Below, in pieces: positions 48,156 through 56,688 of a DNA stretch of 64,000 nt. The notes beneath the pieces were generated by a model. It did not search any database and was not told where the DNA came from. It saw only the letters and a list, made by a program, of their open reading frames with translations. The stretch's first letter is position 1; each line of letters starts with the position of its first letter. The position numbers and the translations under genes were made by a program. Origin of the DNA: Bacteroidaceae bacterium (GTDB taxonomy: Bacteria > Bacteroidota > Bacteroidia > Bacteroidales > Barnesiellaceae_A); NCBI GenBank assembly GCA_017481745.1, contig JAFUOV010000009.1:130823-194822 (forward strand), given 5' to 3'.

Positions 48156-48176
48156 TTGTGTTGTTGTGTTGTTGTC

Positions 48177-50063
48177 TTAACGAACAAGGAGTTTTTGTGT
48201 GCCTGTTGTGCCGGCTGTTGTTTTGTAGCTGACGATGTAGACACCGGGTTGTAGGCGTGAGCCTGCGGGTATGTATTGTCCTTGTGTGTTGTATAGACGA
48301 TAGCTTGTTACGTTGGCGGGAGTGGTGATGGTGCGGTCGGCGTTGATGAAGAACTTGGCATCGGCATTGGTTTGTATGCCTTGTACAGCGCCGTTGGCAG
48401 TGAGCCACTTTTGTGCAGCGTTGAGCACTTCATTTTTTGTCATGTCTTCTTGGTCAATCAAGTGAACGAATGCTACCATGCGTAGGTTGTCAGTAACCCA
48501 CTCGGGCTTTATGGTTATTGGGTCGAATGATACTGAGTATTTGTTGCCTTCGACGAGTGAGAGGGGTGAGCCGATGTGTTCGGTGAAGACGTGGCGTTTG
48601 ATACCGTTGTGACGGAACGACTCGATGAGGTCTTCGGGTGCGCCTTCTTCTTCAACAAGACCTGCTTGGAAGTACTCGTCGCTGAGGGGGATGTTGTCCT
48701 CGACGAGGTATGCCGAGAGGTATGTTTGTGTGCCTGCAGCGACCAATTCGCTGTTGATAAGACCACTGATGGTGGGCGTGATTGTTGCTTCGTCGGTGTT
48801 GTATGTAAACTCGATGTTAACCTCTGCCATTGCCAACATGGGTGCTACGGCATTGAATGCATCGGTGTAGGGAGTAGTCTCGGCTACTTGTGCACCATTG
48901 ACGGGTGATATTTCGCCTGCAAATACTCGACGGTCGTACATTACTGCGGGGTTGAATGATGTTTGTTGACCGAAGAGGTATGTCAGCACATCTTCGCCAC
49001 TCTTGGTGAAGTAGTCGGGTGCAAAGCCGGTGTGGTGTGTTACGTATACCAACTCGCCCTCATACTCGTGCATTGCCTTGTCGAGGTAGTATATCATGAA
49101 GGGGCATGTTTGACAGTATTGGCTTGTGAACTCTTCAACCAACGGGGTGCGTTGGAATGCATCGACTGTTACGTAGTGGTATGACATACCGGGCAGCGCT
49201 TCTTGAGTAGCTTTGCCATCAATCTTGCTGACGGTGAGTTGTATCCATTGTTTTACGCCTGTTTCGCTACCGGCATATATTTCCATAGGTATGTTGCGAC
49301 CTTCGTGTGCTGCCAATGGGGTATCGAATGTAACCTCGGTAATGTAGGGTTTTTCGTCGCCCTGACCGAGTGTTTGCAACTCGACACTGTTGATGGCTTG
49401 GTCGGTGTGGTTATTGAAGTAGACTTCGCAATCGAAGGTTTTTGATGGGGCAACTGTTTGAGGTGTAGTTGCTACTTGTGCATATACCATGTTGTCTATT
49501 TTGTCGGCAGCCTCGTCGTCGAGGATGGCTTGTATGAGCAGTGTACCGCGGTCGGTATAGTTGGTCCAACCCTCTTTGTTGAGGTTGATCCAGCAAGCGC
49601 CGGGAACACTTGCCGAGCCGTAAGAGACGAATGGGTGAGATGTACCGCGTTGCTCGTATACTTGCATACCCAAGTATATGGGTTCGCTACCGATGGTGAG
49701 CGGCTCGTCGAAGTATATTTCGTTCCAGCCCTCGAGGAAGTCGCAAATCTTCTTGGTAGGAGTGGCATCGACGCTACCAACAGTGTGCATGATGAATGAG
49801 CGGTCTTGACGCGCTTGCTTGTAGTCGGCGCGTATGTAGCAGCGCACACCTTTCACTTGGTGACCTTCGAGGCGTTTCCAAGCCGGGTCGAGAGCGGGGT
49901 CGAAGCAAACCAATCCGCCGAGAAATCCGTTACCGCCTTGTCCTTGTGCTACTTGAGCCGTTTCTGCCATTTGCTCGGGTGCGTATCCGTATAATACAGG
50001 TTCTTGCGCCGAAACTAATATTGCAGCGCAAGTGCATATTGCAGAGAGGATAAATTTTTTCAT
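48177..50063 (-). CDS. T9SS-secreted protein, Omp28-related/thioredoxin-like, with C-terminal sorting domain
   Basis: 628 aa from ATG 50063 with signal peptide MKKFILSAICTCAAILVSAQ. An internal EEFTSQYCQTCP (CxxC) is present. CTD-like end: YRLYNTQGQYI...GVYIVSYKT...QKLLVR. Confidence 0.7.
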   Translation of the reverse strand: MKKFILSAICTCAAILVSAQEPVLYGYAPEQMAETAQVAQGQGGNGFLGGLVCFDPALDPAWKRLEGHQVKGVRCYIRADYKQARQDRSFIMHTVGSVDATPTKKICDFLEGWNEIYFDEPLTIGSEPIYLGMQVYEQRGTSHPFVSYGSASVPGACWINLNKEGWTNYTDRGTLLIQAILDDEAADKIDNMVYAQVATTPQTVAPSKTFDCEVYFNNHTDQAINSVELQTLGQGDEKPYITEVTFDTPLAAHEGRNIPMEIYAGSETGVKQWIQLTVSKIDGKATQEALPGMSYHYVTVDAFQRTPLVEEFTSQYCQTCPFMIYYLDKAMHEYEGELVYVTHHTGFAPDYFTKSGEDVLTYLFGQQTSFNPAVMYDRRVFAGEISPVNGAQVAETTPYTDAFNAVAPMLAMAEVNIEFTYNTDEATITPTISGLINSELVAAGTQTYLSAYLVEDNIPLSDEYFQAGLVEEEGAPEDLIESFRHNGIKRHVFTEHIGSPLSLVEGNKYSVSFDPITIKPEWVTDNLRMVAFVHLIDQEDMTKNEVLNAAQKWLTANGAVQGIQTNADAKFFINADRTITTPANVTSYRLYNTQGQYIPAGSRLQPGVYIVSYKTTAGTTGTQKLLVR

Positions 50064-50132
50064 AAGTGCTTTATTAAATTGAATGCAAGTGTGTCGCTGC
50101 ATGGACACACTTGCATTGCTGTTTTAGATTTA

Positions 50133-52091
50133 TTATTTAACCAATACTTTTGCAGTCATTGCGTTGTGGCGAATGATGTATACACCGCCGGGTAGGTTGT
50201 TGTTGTTGAGGCGAGCGCCTGCAATGTTGTATACTTGAACGTTGTCGGTGCTGCCGTTTACATAAATCGCGCCGTCGAGCGTTGTAACCTTAGCGTTGTT
50301 GTCGTTGTTGACACTCGATACAGCCTCGGGCCAGTTGATAGAGCCTTCGTTACTGTTGATGATGTTGCGCTTGAAGGTGGTGTTGTCGATGCTGCGATTG
50401 AGGAATGCTGCGACGTAGAGGTTGCTCTTTTTCCACTCGGGGTCGAGCTCAACGGTGAACGATTGAGTGTAGTCGCCACCTGTTTTCTCCAATTGGTCGC
50501 CGTAGTATTCGGTGAGAACATCGCGAATGATGCATTTGTGGGTGTATTCGCCTTGTTGAGCGCCTGTTTCTTTGTCATCCCAGAAGAGTTGATCTTGGCT
50601 GACAACGTCGCGTTCCATGAGGTAAACGGTGAGGTAGAGTGGCTCGCCTTCGGGCATAACGTTTTCGGCAACGTTACCCGATACTGTGATGTCTACTTGC
50701 TCGAGGTTGTCGGAGAAGTTGGCAGCAACATTTACCGATGCAAATGTGGGTTTCTTGAGAATGTTGTCGTACATAGGTATGATAGAGAGCGACTCGGGGA
50801 ATGGGATGCCATTGTGGAAAACGGTGCCTTCCAATCCTGCGCAATACTCGAGGTTGTCGGAACGGTTGATGGTGAGAGAAGGTACGTATACCATTAATGA
50901 GTCGTTGTCTACCAATTTAAGAAGTTCGGTTAGAGCATCATTGTCGCCTGTCATGAACTTGTCGTCGAGGTGGGGCATGATGAGTGTGTAGTCGTCTTTG
51001 TTGGGTGCAAAGCCGGGGTAGAACATCTTGTCGAAGTATTGTACTTGCATGTAGCTCTCTTCTGAAGTGAAGTATTCGATAACAGGACGAGAGGTGTATT
51101 TGCCTTCGAGTTCGTAGGGAACACCTATCATGTCGACTTCGGCAGTATTGTTGCCACGAGCTTTTGCGCGGTTGATTTTATTGATAGATAATTGGTGAAC
51201 ACCCGATCCGAGGCAGTATAGAGGTACTGTGATTTTTTGTGAAGAACCTGTGAGGATGGGGTTCTCGAGGTCAATTACGTCGGAGAATTCATCTTCGCCA
51301 AATGTTGTTTCAACTTCTATTTGGTGGATGGTGTTAGAACCTTTGTTTGTCAGTCTTACAATGGCTTCGTGAACGTCGCCACCCCATACAACAGGATTGA
51401 AGCGGACGCCGTCGATGCTTACCATGTTGATAAACATACCTTCGGGGTCTTCAAGAACCAATATGATAGGCATTTTACCCATGTTCTCAATGGTGTGCAT
51501 ATCGTACCATATTTCTTTGCCGTCTTTATCTTTTTCGCCACTGTGCAGGAAGATAGTGTTGGGTGTGTTCTTGGGATAAAGGAAAGGAATACTACAAACG
51601 TTTTTCTTGAGGTCGGTGTAGAAACCGATGCACAGACGGTCTACGTCGGGTATTTCGGCATAGTTGAGGGGAATGATATTCCAACCAAATTCGACACTAC
51701 CCGAGCCTGTTGTAATGTTTTCGTTGAAGAATTCATTAGAGCGAACAAAGCAGTCGTAGGTTGCTTTAGATTCCATGTCGTCCCAACCTACAATCATATA
51801 TGCCATTTTTCCGCCAATATAGGGTTCGAACATATCGCGAGTGAGGATGGCACCCACACCTACACGAGAGTCGAAAGAGAGGCTCAAACCATCCATGGGC
51901 CAAATTTGGTCGTCGATGCTTGAGTGACCGATAAAGATATTACCGTCTTGGTCGTCGGCTTGAGGCGCTTTTGCCATAGTAGCCTTTTCATTGTTTTGGT
52001 GCAGTGTCCATTGGTCTTGTGCTCGTGCCGATAGGCATGTCATAGCAAATAATGCTATCAGAACGATGATTGTTTGTGTAATTTTCTTCAT
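50133..52091 (-). CDS. T9SS-secreted paralogue of the neighbouring cargo protein (CxxC lost)
   Basis: 652 aa from ATG 52091 with a signal peptide. The equivalent site reads EYFTSEESYMQV. CTD-like end: VQVYNIAGARL...GVYIIRHNAMTAKVLVK. Confidence 0.7.
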   Translation of the reverse strand: MKKITQTIIVLIALFAMTCLSARAQDQWTLHQNNEKATMAKAPQADDQDGNIFIGHSSIDDQIWPMDGLSLSFDSRVGVGAILTRDMFEPYIGGKMAYMIVGWDDMESKATYDCFVRSNEFFNENITTGSGSVEFGWNIIPLNYAEIPDVDRLCIGFYTDLKKNVCSIPFLYPKNTPNTIFLHSGEKDKDGKEIWYDMHTIENMGKMPIILVLEDPEGMFINMVSIDGVRFNPVVWGGDVHEAIVRLTNKGSNTIHQIEVETTFGEDEFSDVIDLENPILTGSSQKITVPLYCLGSGVHQLSINKINRAKARGNNTAEVDMIGVPYELEGKYTSRPVIEYFTSEESYMQVQYFDKMFYPGFAPNKDDYTLIMPHLDDKFMTGDNDALTELLKLVDNDSLMVYVPSLTINRSDNLEYCAGLEGTVFHNGIPFPESLSIIPMYDNILKKPTFASVNVAANFSDNLEQVDITVSGNVAENVMPEGEPLYLTVYLMERDVVSQDQLFWDDKETGAQQGEYTHKCIIRDVLTEYYGDQLEKTGGDYTQSFTVELDPEWKKSNLYVAAFLNRSIDNTTFKRNIINSNEGSINWPEAVSSVNNDNNAKVTTLDGAIYVNGSTDNVQVYNIAGARLNNNNLPGGVYIIRHNAMTAKVLVK

Positions 52092-52196
52092 ACTTATAAG
52101 ATTATAGTGGTTTGTATTATTTTTTTTAACCTTGTTCATCATTTGTATTTTGAAAGTTGTTTGTAACCTTTTTCGCCATACTAAATAATGATAGTG

Positions 52197-52204
52197 CAAA
52201 CATA
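52197..52204 (-). promoter_or_regulatory. -7 promoter box (TATGTTTG) for the cargo gene pair
   Basis: The reverse complement of caaacata lies about 105 nt upstream of ATG 52091, in an AT-rich divergent intergenic region. Confidence 0.35.
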
Positions 52205-52384
52205 AATATGATTTTTGTTATTTGCAAATAATTTTTGGCAAAAATTTATAATATAGTAGGTTGTTGTAAGTAATTTAAATGAAGTTTTTCTTTATAAATA
52301 TACAAAATGTAAATTGTAATAGCTGTTTTATGTAAGTCTTGCTATTTTTTATAAATGTGTGTAGCGATGAATAAAAAAAATATG

Positions 52385-52392
52385 TATATTTG
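52385..52392 (+). promoter_or_regulatory. -7 promoter box (TATATTTG) upstream of galE
   Basis: Exact TAnnTTTG about 80 nt upstream of ATG 52471. Confidence 0.35.
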
Positions 52393-52470
52393 CGGTGTAT
52401 TATGGCTATGTATATGGCTGTATATTTATGCATTATTATTTATTTTTTATACATATAAAAAATTTTTTCC

Positions 52471-53505
52471 ATGGGTAAAAAAATATTGGTAACAGGTGGT
52501 GCAGGATATATAGGTTCGCACACCGCAGTTGAATTGCAGAACGCAGGCTATGAAGTTGTGATTGTAGACAATTTGTCAAACTCGAATGAGGCGGTGATAG
52601 ATGGTATTACTCGTATTACCGGCATCCGTCCGGCATTTGAGCACCTCGATTGTAACGATCGCGAGGGTATGCACAAGGTTTTTGAGAAGTATCCCGGTAT
52701 AGAGGGTGTGATACACTTTGCTGCCAGCAAGGCAGTAGGCGAGTCGGTACAGAAACCGCTGTTGTATTATCGCAACAACTTGGTGTCGCTGATGAATATC
52801 TTGGAGTTGATGCAAGAGTTTGGCGTGAAAGGTATTGTATTCTCGTCGTCATGTACCGTATACGGTCAGCCCGATGTGTTGCCGGTAGATGAGAGTGCAC
52901 CTATCAAACCTGCATTGTCGCCCTATGGTAATACCAAGCAGATATGTGAGGAGATAGTGCGCGATACGATACACTCGGGCGCTGCATATCGTGCGATATT
53001 GTTGCGTTACTTCAATCCTATAGGTGCGCATCCTACAGCCGAGATAGGTGAGTTGCCTTTGGGCGTTCCTCAAAATCTTATACCCTATCTTACACAGACG
53101 GCAATAGGTATTCGCAAAGAGTTGAGTGTATTTGGTAACGACTATAATACCCCCGATGGCTCATGTATACGCGACTATATTAATGTTGTAGACCTTGCCA
53201 AGGCTCACGTTGTGGCGATGAATCGTATGCTCAATGCATTGTCGGATGAGGCCGTAGAGGTGTTTAACCTTGGAACCGGTCGCGGTGTATCGGTGCTTGA
53301 GCTTATCAACTCGTTTGAGCGTGCTACCGGTGTTGCTGTTCCGCACAAGATTGTGGGTCGTCGCAAAGGCGATATAGAGCAAGTGTGGGCTAACCCCGAC
53401 CGTGCCAATAATGTGCTGGGCTGGACAGCCGAAGAGTCGTTGGATGACACATTGGCATCGGCTTGGCGCTGGCAGGAGAAACTGCGTGAGCGCGGTATTA
53501 TGTAA
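52471..53505 (+). CDS. galE: UDP-glucose 4-epimerase
   Basis: 344 aa with ILVTGGAGYIGSH, the YGNTK catalytic motif and a full GalE layout. Confidence 0.93.
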   Translation: MGKKILVTGGAGYIGSHTAVELQNAGYEVVIVDNLSNSNEAVIDGITRITGIRPAFEHLDCNDREGMHKVFEKYPGIEGVIHFAASKAVGESVQKPLLYYRNNLVSLMNILELMQEFGVKGIVFSSSCTVYGQPDVLPVDESAPIKPALSPYGNTKQICEEIVRDTIHSGAAYRAILLRYFNPIGAHPTAEIGELPLGVPQNLIPYLTQTAIGIRKELSVFGNDYNTPDGSCIRDYINVVDLAKAHVVAMNRMLNALSDEAVEVFNLGTGRGVSVLELINSFERATGVAVPHKIVGRRKGDIEQVWANPDRANNVLGWTAEESLDDTLASAWRWQEKLRERGIM

Positions 53506-53533
53506 TAATAGTATGATTGTGCGATAGAATAGC

Positions 53534-54214
53534 ATGCAGGTAGTATACGAAGATAATCATATCATTATAGTAAATAAGACTTGTCGCGAGATTGTTCAGG
53601 GCGACAAGACTGGCGACAAGCCATTGAGTGAGATGCTCAAGGATTGGCTCAAGGAGAAGTATGCCAAGCCCGGAAATGTGTTTGTGGGTGTAACGCATCG
53701 CCTCGACCGTCCGGTGAGTGGTTTGGTGGTATTTGCCAAAACGAGCAAGGCACTGTCGCGCCTGAATGAGATGTTTCGCACAGGACAGATAAAGAAGACC
53801 TATTGGGCGGTGGTGAAAAATCAGCCACCTACCCAATCGGGTACTCTTGTTCACTACCTTACACGCAATGAGAAACAGAACAAGTCGACGGCATATAACT
53901 CGCCTCGCAATGGTGCGCAGCGTGCCGAGCTCGATTATAGCCTGATAGCCTCGGGCGATAATTACCGATTGCTTGAGATTGACTTGAAGACGGGACGTCA
54001 TCACCAGATACGTTGTCAGCTTGCCAAGATGGGTTGTCCTATCAAGGGCGACTTGAAGTATGGAGCGGAGCGGTCGAACCCCGACGGCGGTATTTCGTTG
54101 CATGCACGTCGTGTGTGCTTTGAACATCCGGTATCGCACATTATTATAGATATAACAGCTCCCGTACCCGACGAGCGGTTGTGGAAAGAGCTGGCTGCTG
54201 CGGTAGGAGAGTAG
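53534..54214 (+). CDS. RluA-family pseudouridine synthase
   Basis: 226 aa with the HRLDRPVSGLVVFAKT catalytic-Asp motif. No S4 domain. Confidence 0.85.
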   Translation: MQVVYEDNHIIIVNKTCREIVQGDKTGDKPLSEMLKDWLKEKYAKPGNVFVGVTHRLDRPVSGLVVFAKTSKALSRLNEMFRTGQIKKTYWAVVKNQPPTQSGTLVHYLTRNEKQNKSTAYNSPRNGAQRAELDYSLIASGDNYRLLEIDLKTGRHHQIRCQLAKMGCPIKGDLKYGAERSNPDGGISLHARRVCFEHPVSHIIIDITAPVPDERLWKELAAAVGE

Positions 54215-54363
54215 TGTCCATCCATAGAATAGCAGTAATGCTTATCCGAAAAAATGTTTTTTATAGCTTATATTTTATAACTAAATAATCGTTTGCTATA
54301 AATATTTTTGTCAAAAATGATTTTTTTAACAATGAAATGCTTGCATTTTACGATATAAGACAC

Positions 54364-54371
54364 TATCTTTG
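54364..54371 (+). promoter_or_regulatory. -7 promoter box (TATCTTTG) of the sRNA candidate
   Basis: Exact TAnnTTTG. No protein gene follows on this strand. Confidence 0.45.
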
Positions 54372-54376
54372 TCGTA

Positions 54377-54620
54377 GAATGATGAGCAAGACATCGGGTC
54401 GCACTCAAGTAGATTGGGAAACTCATCAAATTTTATGAAATACCGAGACAAGCTTTGCGTTCTAATGGCGGGCCACACCTCTTCGGAGATTGCATAGCAC
54501 GGTGGATTACAAAGGAGCGGAAGCACTCAAATCCTGTCATTCGGAGTTTCATCGCATCCTTCGGTGTGACCCTTATTATAACAGAAACAGCATCCTGCAT
54601 GGGTGCTGTTTCTTATTTTA
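54377..54620 (+). ncRNA. Unassigned structured small RNA candidate (~240 nt)
   Basis: Bounded by a -7 box and a strong terminator. Long-range helices pair 54396-54404 with 54564-54572 and 54418-54424 with 54544-54550. Also has a C(UUCG)G hairpin at 54479-54488 and a C(GGAA)G hairpin at 54517-54524. No credible ORF. Confidence 0.5.
54583..54620 (+). terminator. Strong intrinsic terminator
   Basis: 13-bp stem agaaacagcatcc/gggtgctgtttct (one G-U pair), 5-nt loop, then tatttta. Confidence 0.8.
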
Positions 54621-54666
54621 TTGTGTGAGAAAGGCGAAAGGGGGCGGCAGGCGACAAGGTACTGAG

Positions 54667-54702
54667 GGCGAAAGGGGCAAAAAAGGCGAAAGGGGCAAAA
54701 AA
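54667..54702 (+). repeat. Perfect tandem 18-mer GGCGAAAGGGGCAAAAAA x2
   Basis: Read directly from the sequence. A third partial copy, GGCGAAAGGGGG, lies at 54633-54644. Confidence 0.9.
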
Positions 54703-54775
54703 TGCGACAAATGTGCCGGCGGCACGTTCCTACTTTTGCAGCGGTGTGTCTTTTCGCTAAGCGATATACAATCAA

Positions 54776-54810
54776 CCCTAAATCCTAAACTCTCATCTCT
54801 TAACTCTCAA
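54776..54810 (-). repeat. Heptamer array (minus sense TTGAGAG TTAAGAG ATGAGAG TTTAGGA TTTAGGG)
   Basis: Five contiguous 7-nt units of the same family as 47872-47913. The array abuts and overlaps the stop codon of the nuclease gene. Confidence 0.85.
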
Positions 54811-55601
54811 CAATTCATGATATGTTGCAAGATGATGGCTACTTCGGCATCCATGCGTGGGATGGGTACGATGCGGTAGCTTGAGTAGTCGGGGTGTAGT
54901 ACCACCAAGTTCATGCGGCTGATGCGTATGCCATAGTTGCGCTCGAGCATATAGCGATATAGGTTTTGTTGCAGGCAGTAGTGGCTGTATGCTGTGTCGG
55001 TGAGGTGTTCAAGACCGTTTATGCCCGAAGCAAATCGGTTTACCTCGTCGGGGTATATTTTGTTGCTGCGCTTCCAATCGTATATTTCGTATGTTCCGTC
55101 GGGGCAGCTGCACACGAGGTCGATGGTGCCTGCCATGCGTGCATCGGTGTCGTATACGCGCCATTCGGTGCGGAATGGAGTGTAGCCTACAACGCTATGA
55201 AACGCCTTGAAGAAGGTCCACTCGCGGGTGATGTCGATGGTGTCGTGCACTTGCATATAGCAGCCAGTGTAGCAGGTGTTGCACAACATCTCGATGTCGC
55301 GCTTGCCGTTGAGGTAGTCTTCGATCTGTTTGTGCAGATATGTTCCTACCTGACTTGCCAAGCATCCTTTCGAGTCCCACTCGTCGCGTAGTCGTGCAGC
55401 TGCTTCTATGTCGCCGTTGCACTTGCGCAAGCTCCAATATTCGGCATCGAATTTCTTGAAAAAACGGGCTACTACCGAGCTGACCGACTGCATCTCACCA
55501 TGTCCGTCTACGCAGTAGCGGTGCTGAGCTTCGTCGAATTGTATGTATTGGTCGCGCTCGAAAGTGATGTTTGAGCCGTCGAGGTTGGTGTGTTGCAACA
55601 T
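54807..55601 (-). CDS. PD-(D/E)XK-superfamily nuclease (RecB/Cas4/lambda-exonuclease-like fold)
   Basis: 264 aa with MAGTIDLV (Asp), YEIYDWKRS ((D/E)xK) and YCLQQNLYRYML (QxxxY). Extra Cys clusters are CNTCYTGC and CSC. Starts 3 nt after the pfkA stop. Confidence 0.65.
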   Translation of the reverse strand: MLQHTNLDGSNITFERDQYIQFDEAQHRYCVDGHGEMQSVSSVVARFFKKFDAEYWSLRKCNGDIEAAARLRDEWDSKGCLASQVGTYLHKQIEDYLNGKRDIEMLCNTCYTGCYMQVHDTIDITREWTFFKAFHSVVGYTPFRTEWRVYDTDARMAGTIDLVCSCPDGTYEIYDWKRSNKIYPDEVNRFASGINGLEHLTDTAYSHYCLQQNLYRYMLERNYGIRISRMNLVVLHPDYSSYRIVPIPRMDAEVAIILQHIMNC

Positions 55602-55604
55602 ATA

Positions 55605-56585
55605 TTATATAGACAATCGGCGCAGTGTGTTGAGCAATTCGCGGTTGATGGGTTTGTCGAACTTGATGGCTTTGCTGAAGGGTACGTAGACAATCTCGTC
55701 GTTGCGAATACCAATCATTACGTTGCGTTGACCTTCGATGAGGGCATCTATTGCAGCCGAACCCATGCGGCTGGCGAGGATGCGGTCTTGTGCCGAGGGC
55801 GAGCCACCACGTTGTATGTGACCCAAGATAGTTACGCGCACGTCGTATTGGGGGTATTCGTTCTTGACACGCTCGGCAAGTTGCATAGCGCCACCGGTAG
55901 TGGGGCTCTCGGCAACGAGTACGATACTACTGTTTTTCGACTTGCGGAAACCGTTTTCGACGAGCTCCTCGAGTTGGTCTATCTCGGTAGAAATCTCGGG
56001 GATTATGGCAGCTTCGCAACCTGTTGCGATAGCGCCGTTGAGCGCCAAGAAACCTGCATCACGACCCATCACCTCGATGAAGAACAATCGCTCGTGTGAT
56101 GAAGCTGTGTCGCGTATCTTGTCGACGGCTTCCATAATTGTATTGAGTGCGGTGTCGTATCCGATGGTGAGGTCGGTGCCATAGAGGTCGTTGTCGATTG
56201 TTCCGGGCAGACCGATGATGGGGTAGTCGAACTCTTGAGCAAAAGTGCGTGCACCGGTGAGCGAACCGTCGCCACCTATCACAACCAAGGCATCAATGCC
56301 TTCGCGCTTGAGGGTGTCGTATGCTTGTTGGCGACCTTCGGGTGTCTGGAACTCTTTGCAGCGGGCTGTTTTAAGTATTGTGCCACCTTGTTGTATGATG
56401 TTACTAACGTTCTCGGTCTTGAATTGCTTGATTTCGCCGGTAATGAGACCGCGGTATCCGCGATAAATACCTTTAACCTCGAAGCCTGCATAGATGGCCG
56501 AGCGGGTGACGGCACGAATTGCAGCATTCATTCCGGGAGCATCGCCGCCCGATGTAAGGATTCCAATGCACTTGATAGTTGCCAT
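55605..56585 (-). CDS. pfkA: ATP-dependent 6-phosphofructokinase
   Basis: 326 aa with [23 protein letters not shown] and PGTIDND motifs. Confidence 0.95.
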   Translation of the reverse strand: MATIKCIGILTSGGDAPGMNAAIRAVTRSAIYAGFEVKGIYRGYRGLITGEIKQFKTENVSNIIQQGGTILKTARCKEFQTPEGRQQAYDTLKREGIDALVVIGGDGSLTGARTFAQEFDYPIIGLPGTIDNDLYGTDLTIGYDTALNTIMEAVDKIRDTASSHERLFFIEVMGRDAGFLALNGAIATGCEAAIIPEISTEIDQLEELVENGFRKSKNSSIVLVAESPTTGGAMQLAERVKNEYPQYDVRVTILGHIQRGGSPSAQDRILASRMGSAAIDALIEGQRNVMIGIRNDEIVYVPFSKAIKFDKPINRELLNTLRRLSI

Positions 56586-56603
56586 AATCTATTGTTTAAA
56601 TAT

Positions 56604-56642
56604 TAAAAATACCAAAGCCTGTTTGTGTTATCCGGCTTTGGT
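56604..56642 (-). terminator. Intrinsic terminator after tRNA-Gln
   Basis: 9-bp stem accaaagcc/ggctttggt followed in minus sense by a UUUUU run. Confidence 0.6.
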
Positions 56643-56688
56643 AATAAGTTGTAAATCAAAAGTATTATTTGTTTCTTGTTGTCCTGGA

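Noticed and set aside
52092-52199. N-terminal extensions of track ORFs (cargo genes 50064-50108 and 52092-52199, TolC-like 16753-16842, porX 20111-20146, TerB-like 35563-35622, rarA 45115-45150, FdtA-like 38607-38657)
   Set aside because: Some extensions begin at GTG/TTG codons and run through AT-rich leaders or into the upstream gene. In each case a downstream ATG gives a canonical signal peptide or family-typical N-terminus.
54633-54702. Possible mini-CRISPR array (repeated GGCGAAAGGGG units)
   Set aside because: The units are directly tandem or separated by irregular short sequence. There are no spacer-sized intervals, no repeat palindrome and no cas genes.
54490-54879. 129-aa ORF with a GERGKKGERGKK collagen-like repeat
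   Set aside because: The repeat is just the translation of the 18-mer tandem DNA repeat. The ORF also spans the sRNA terminator and the end of the opposite-strand nuclease gene.
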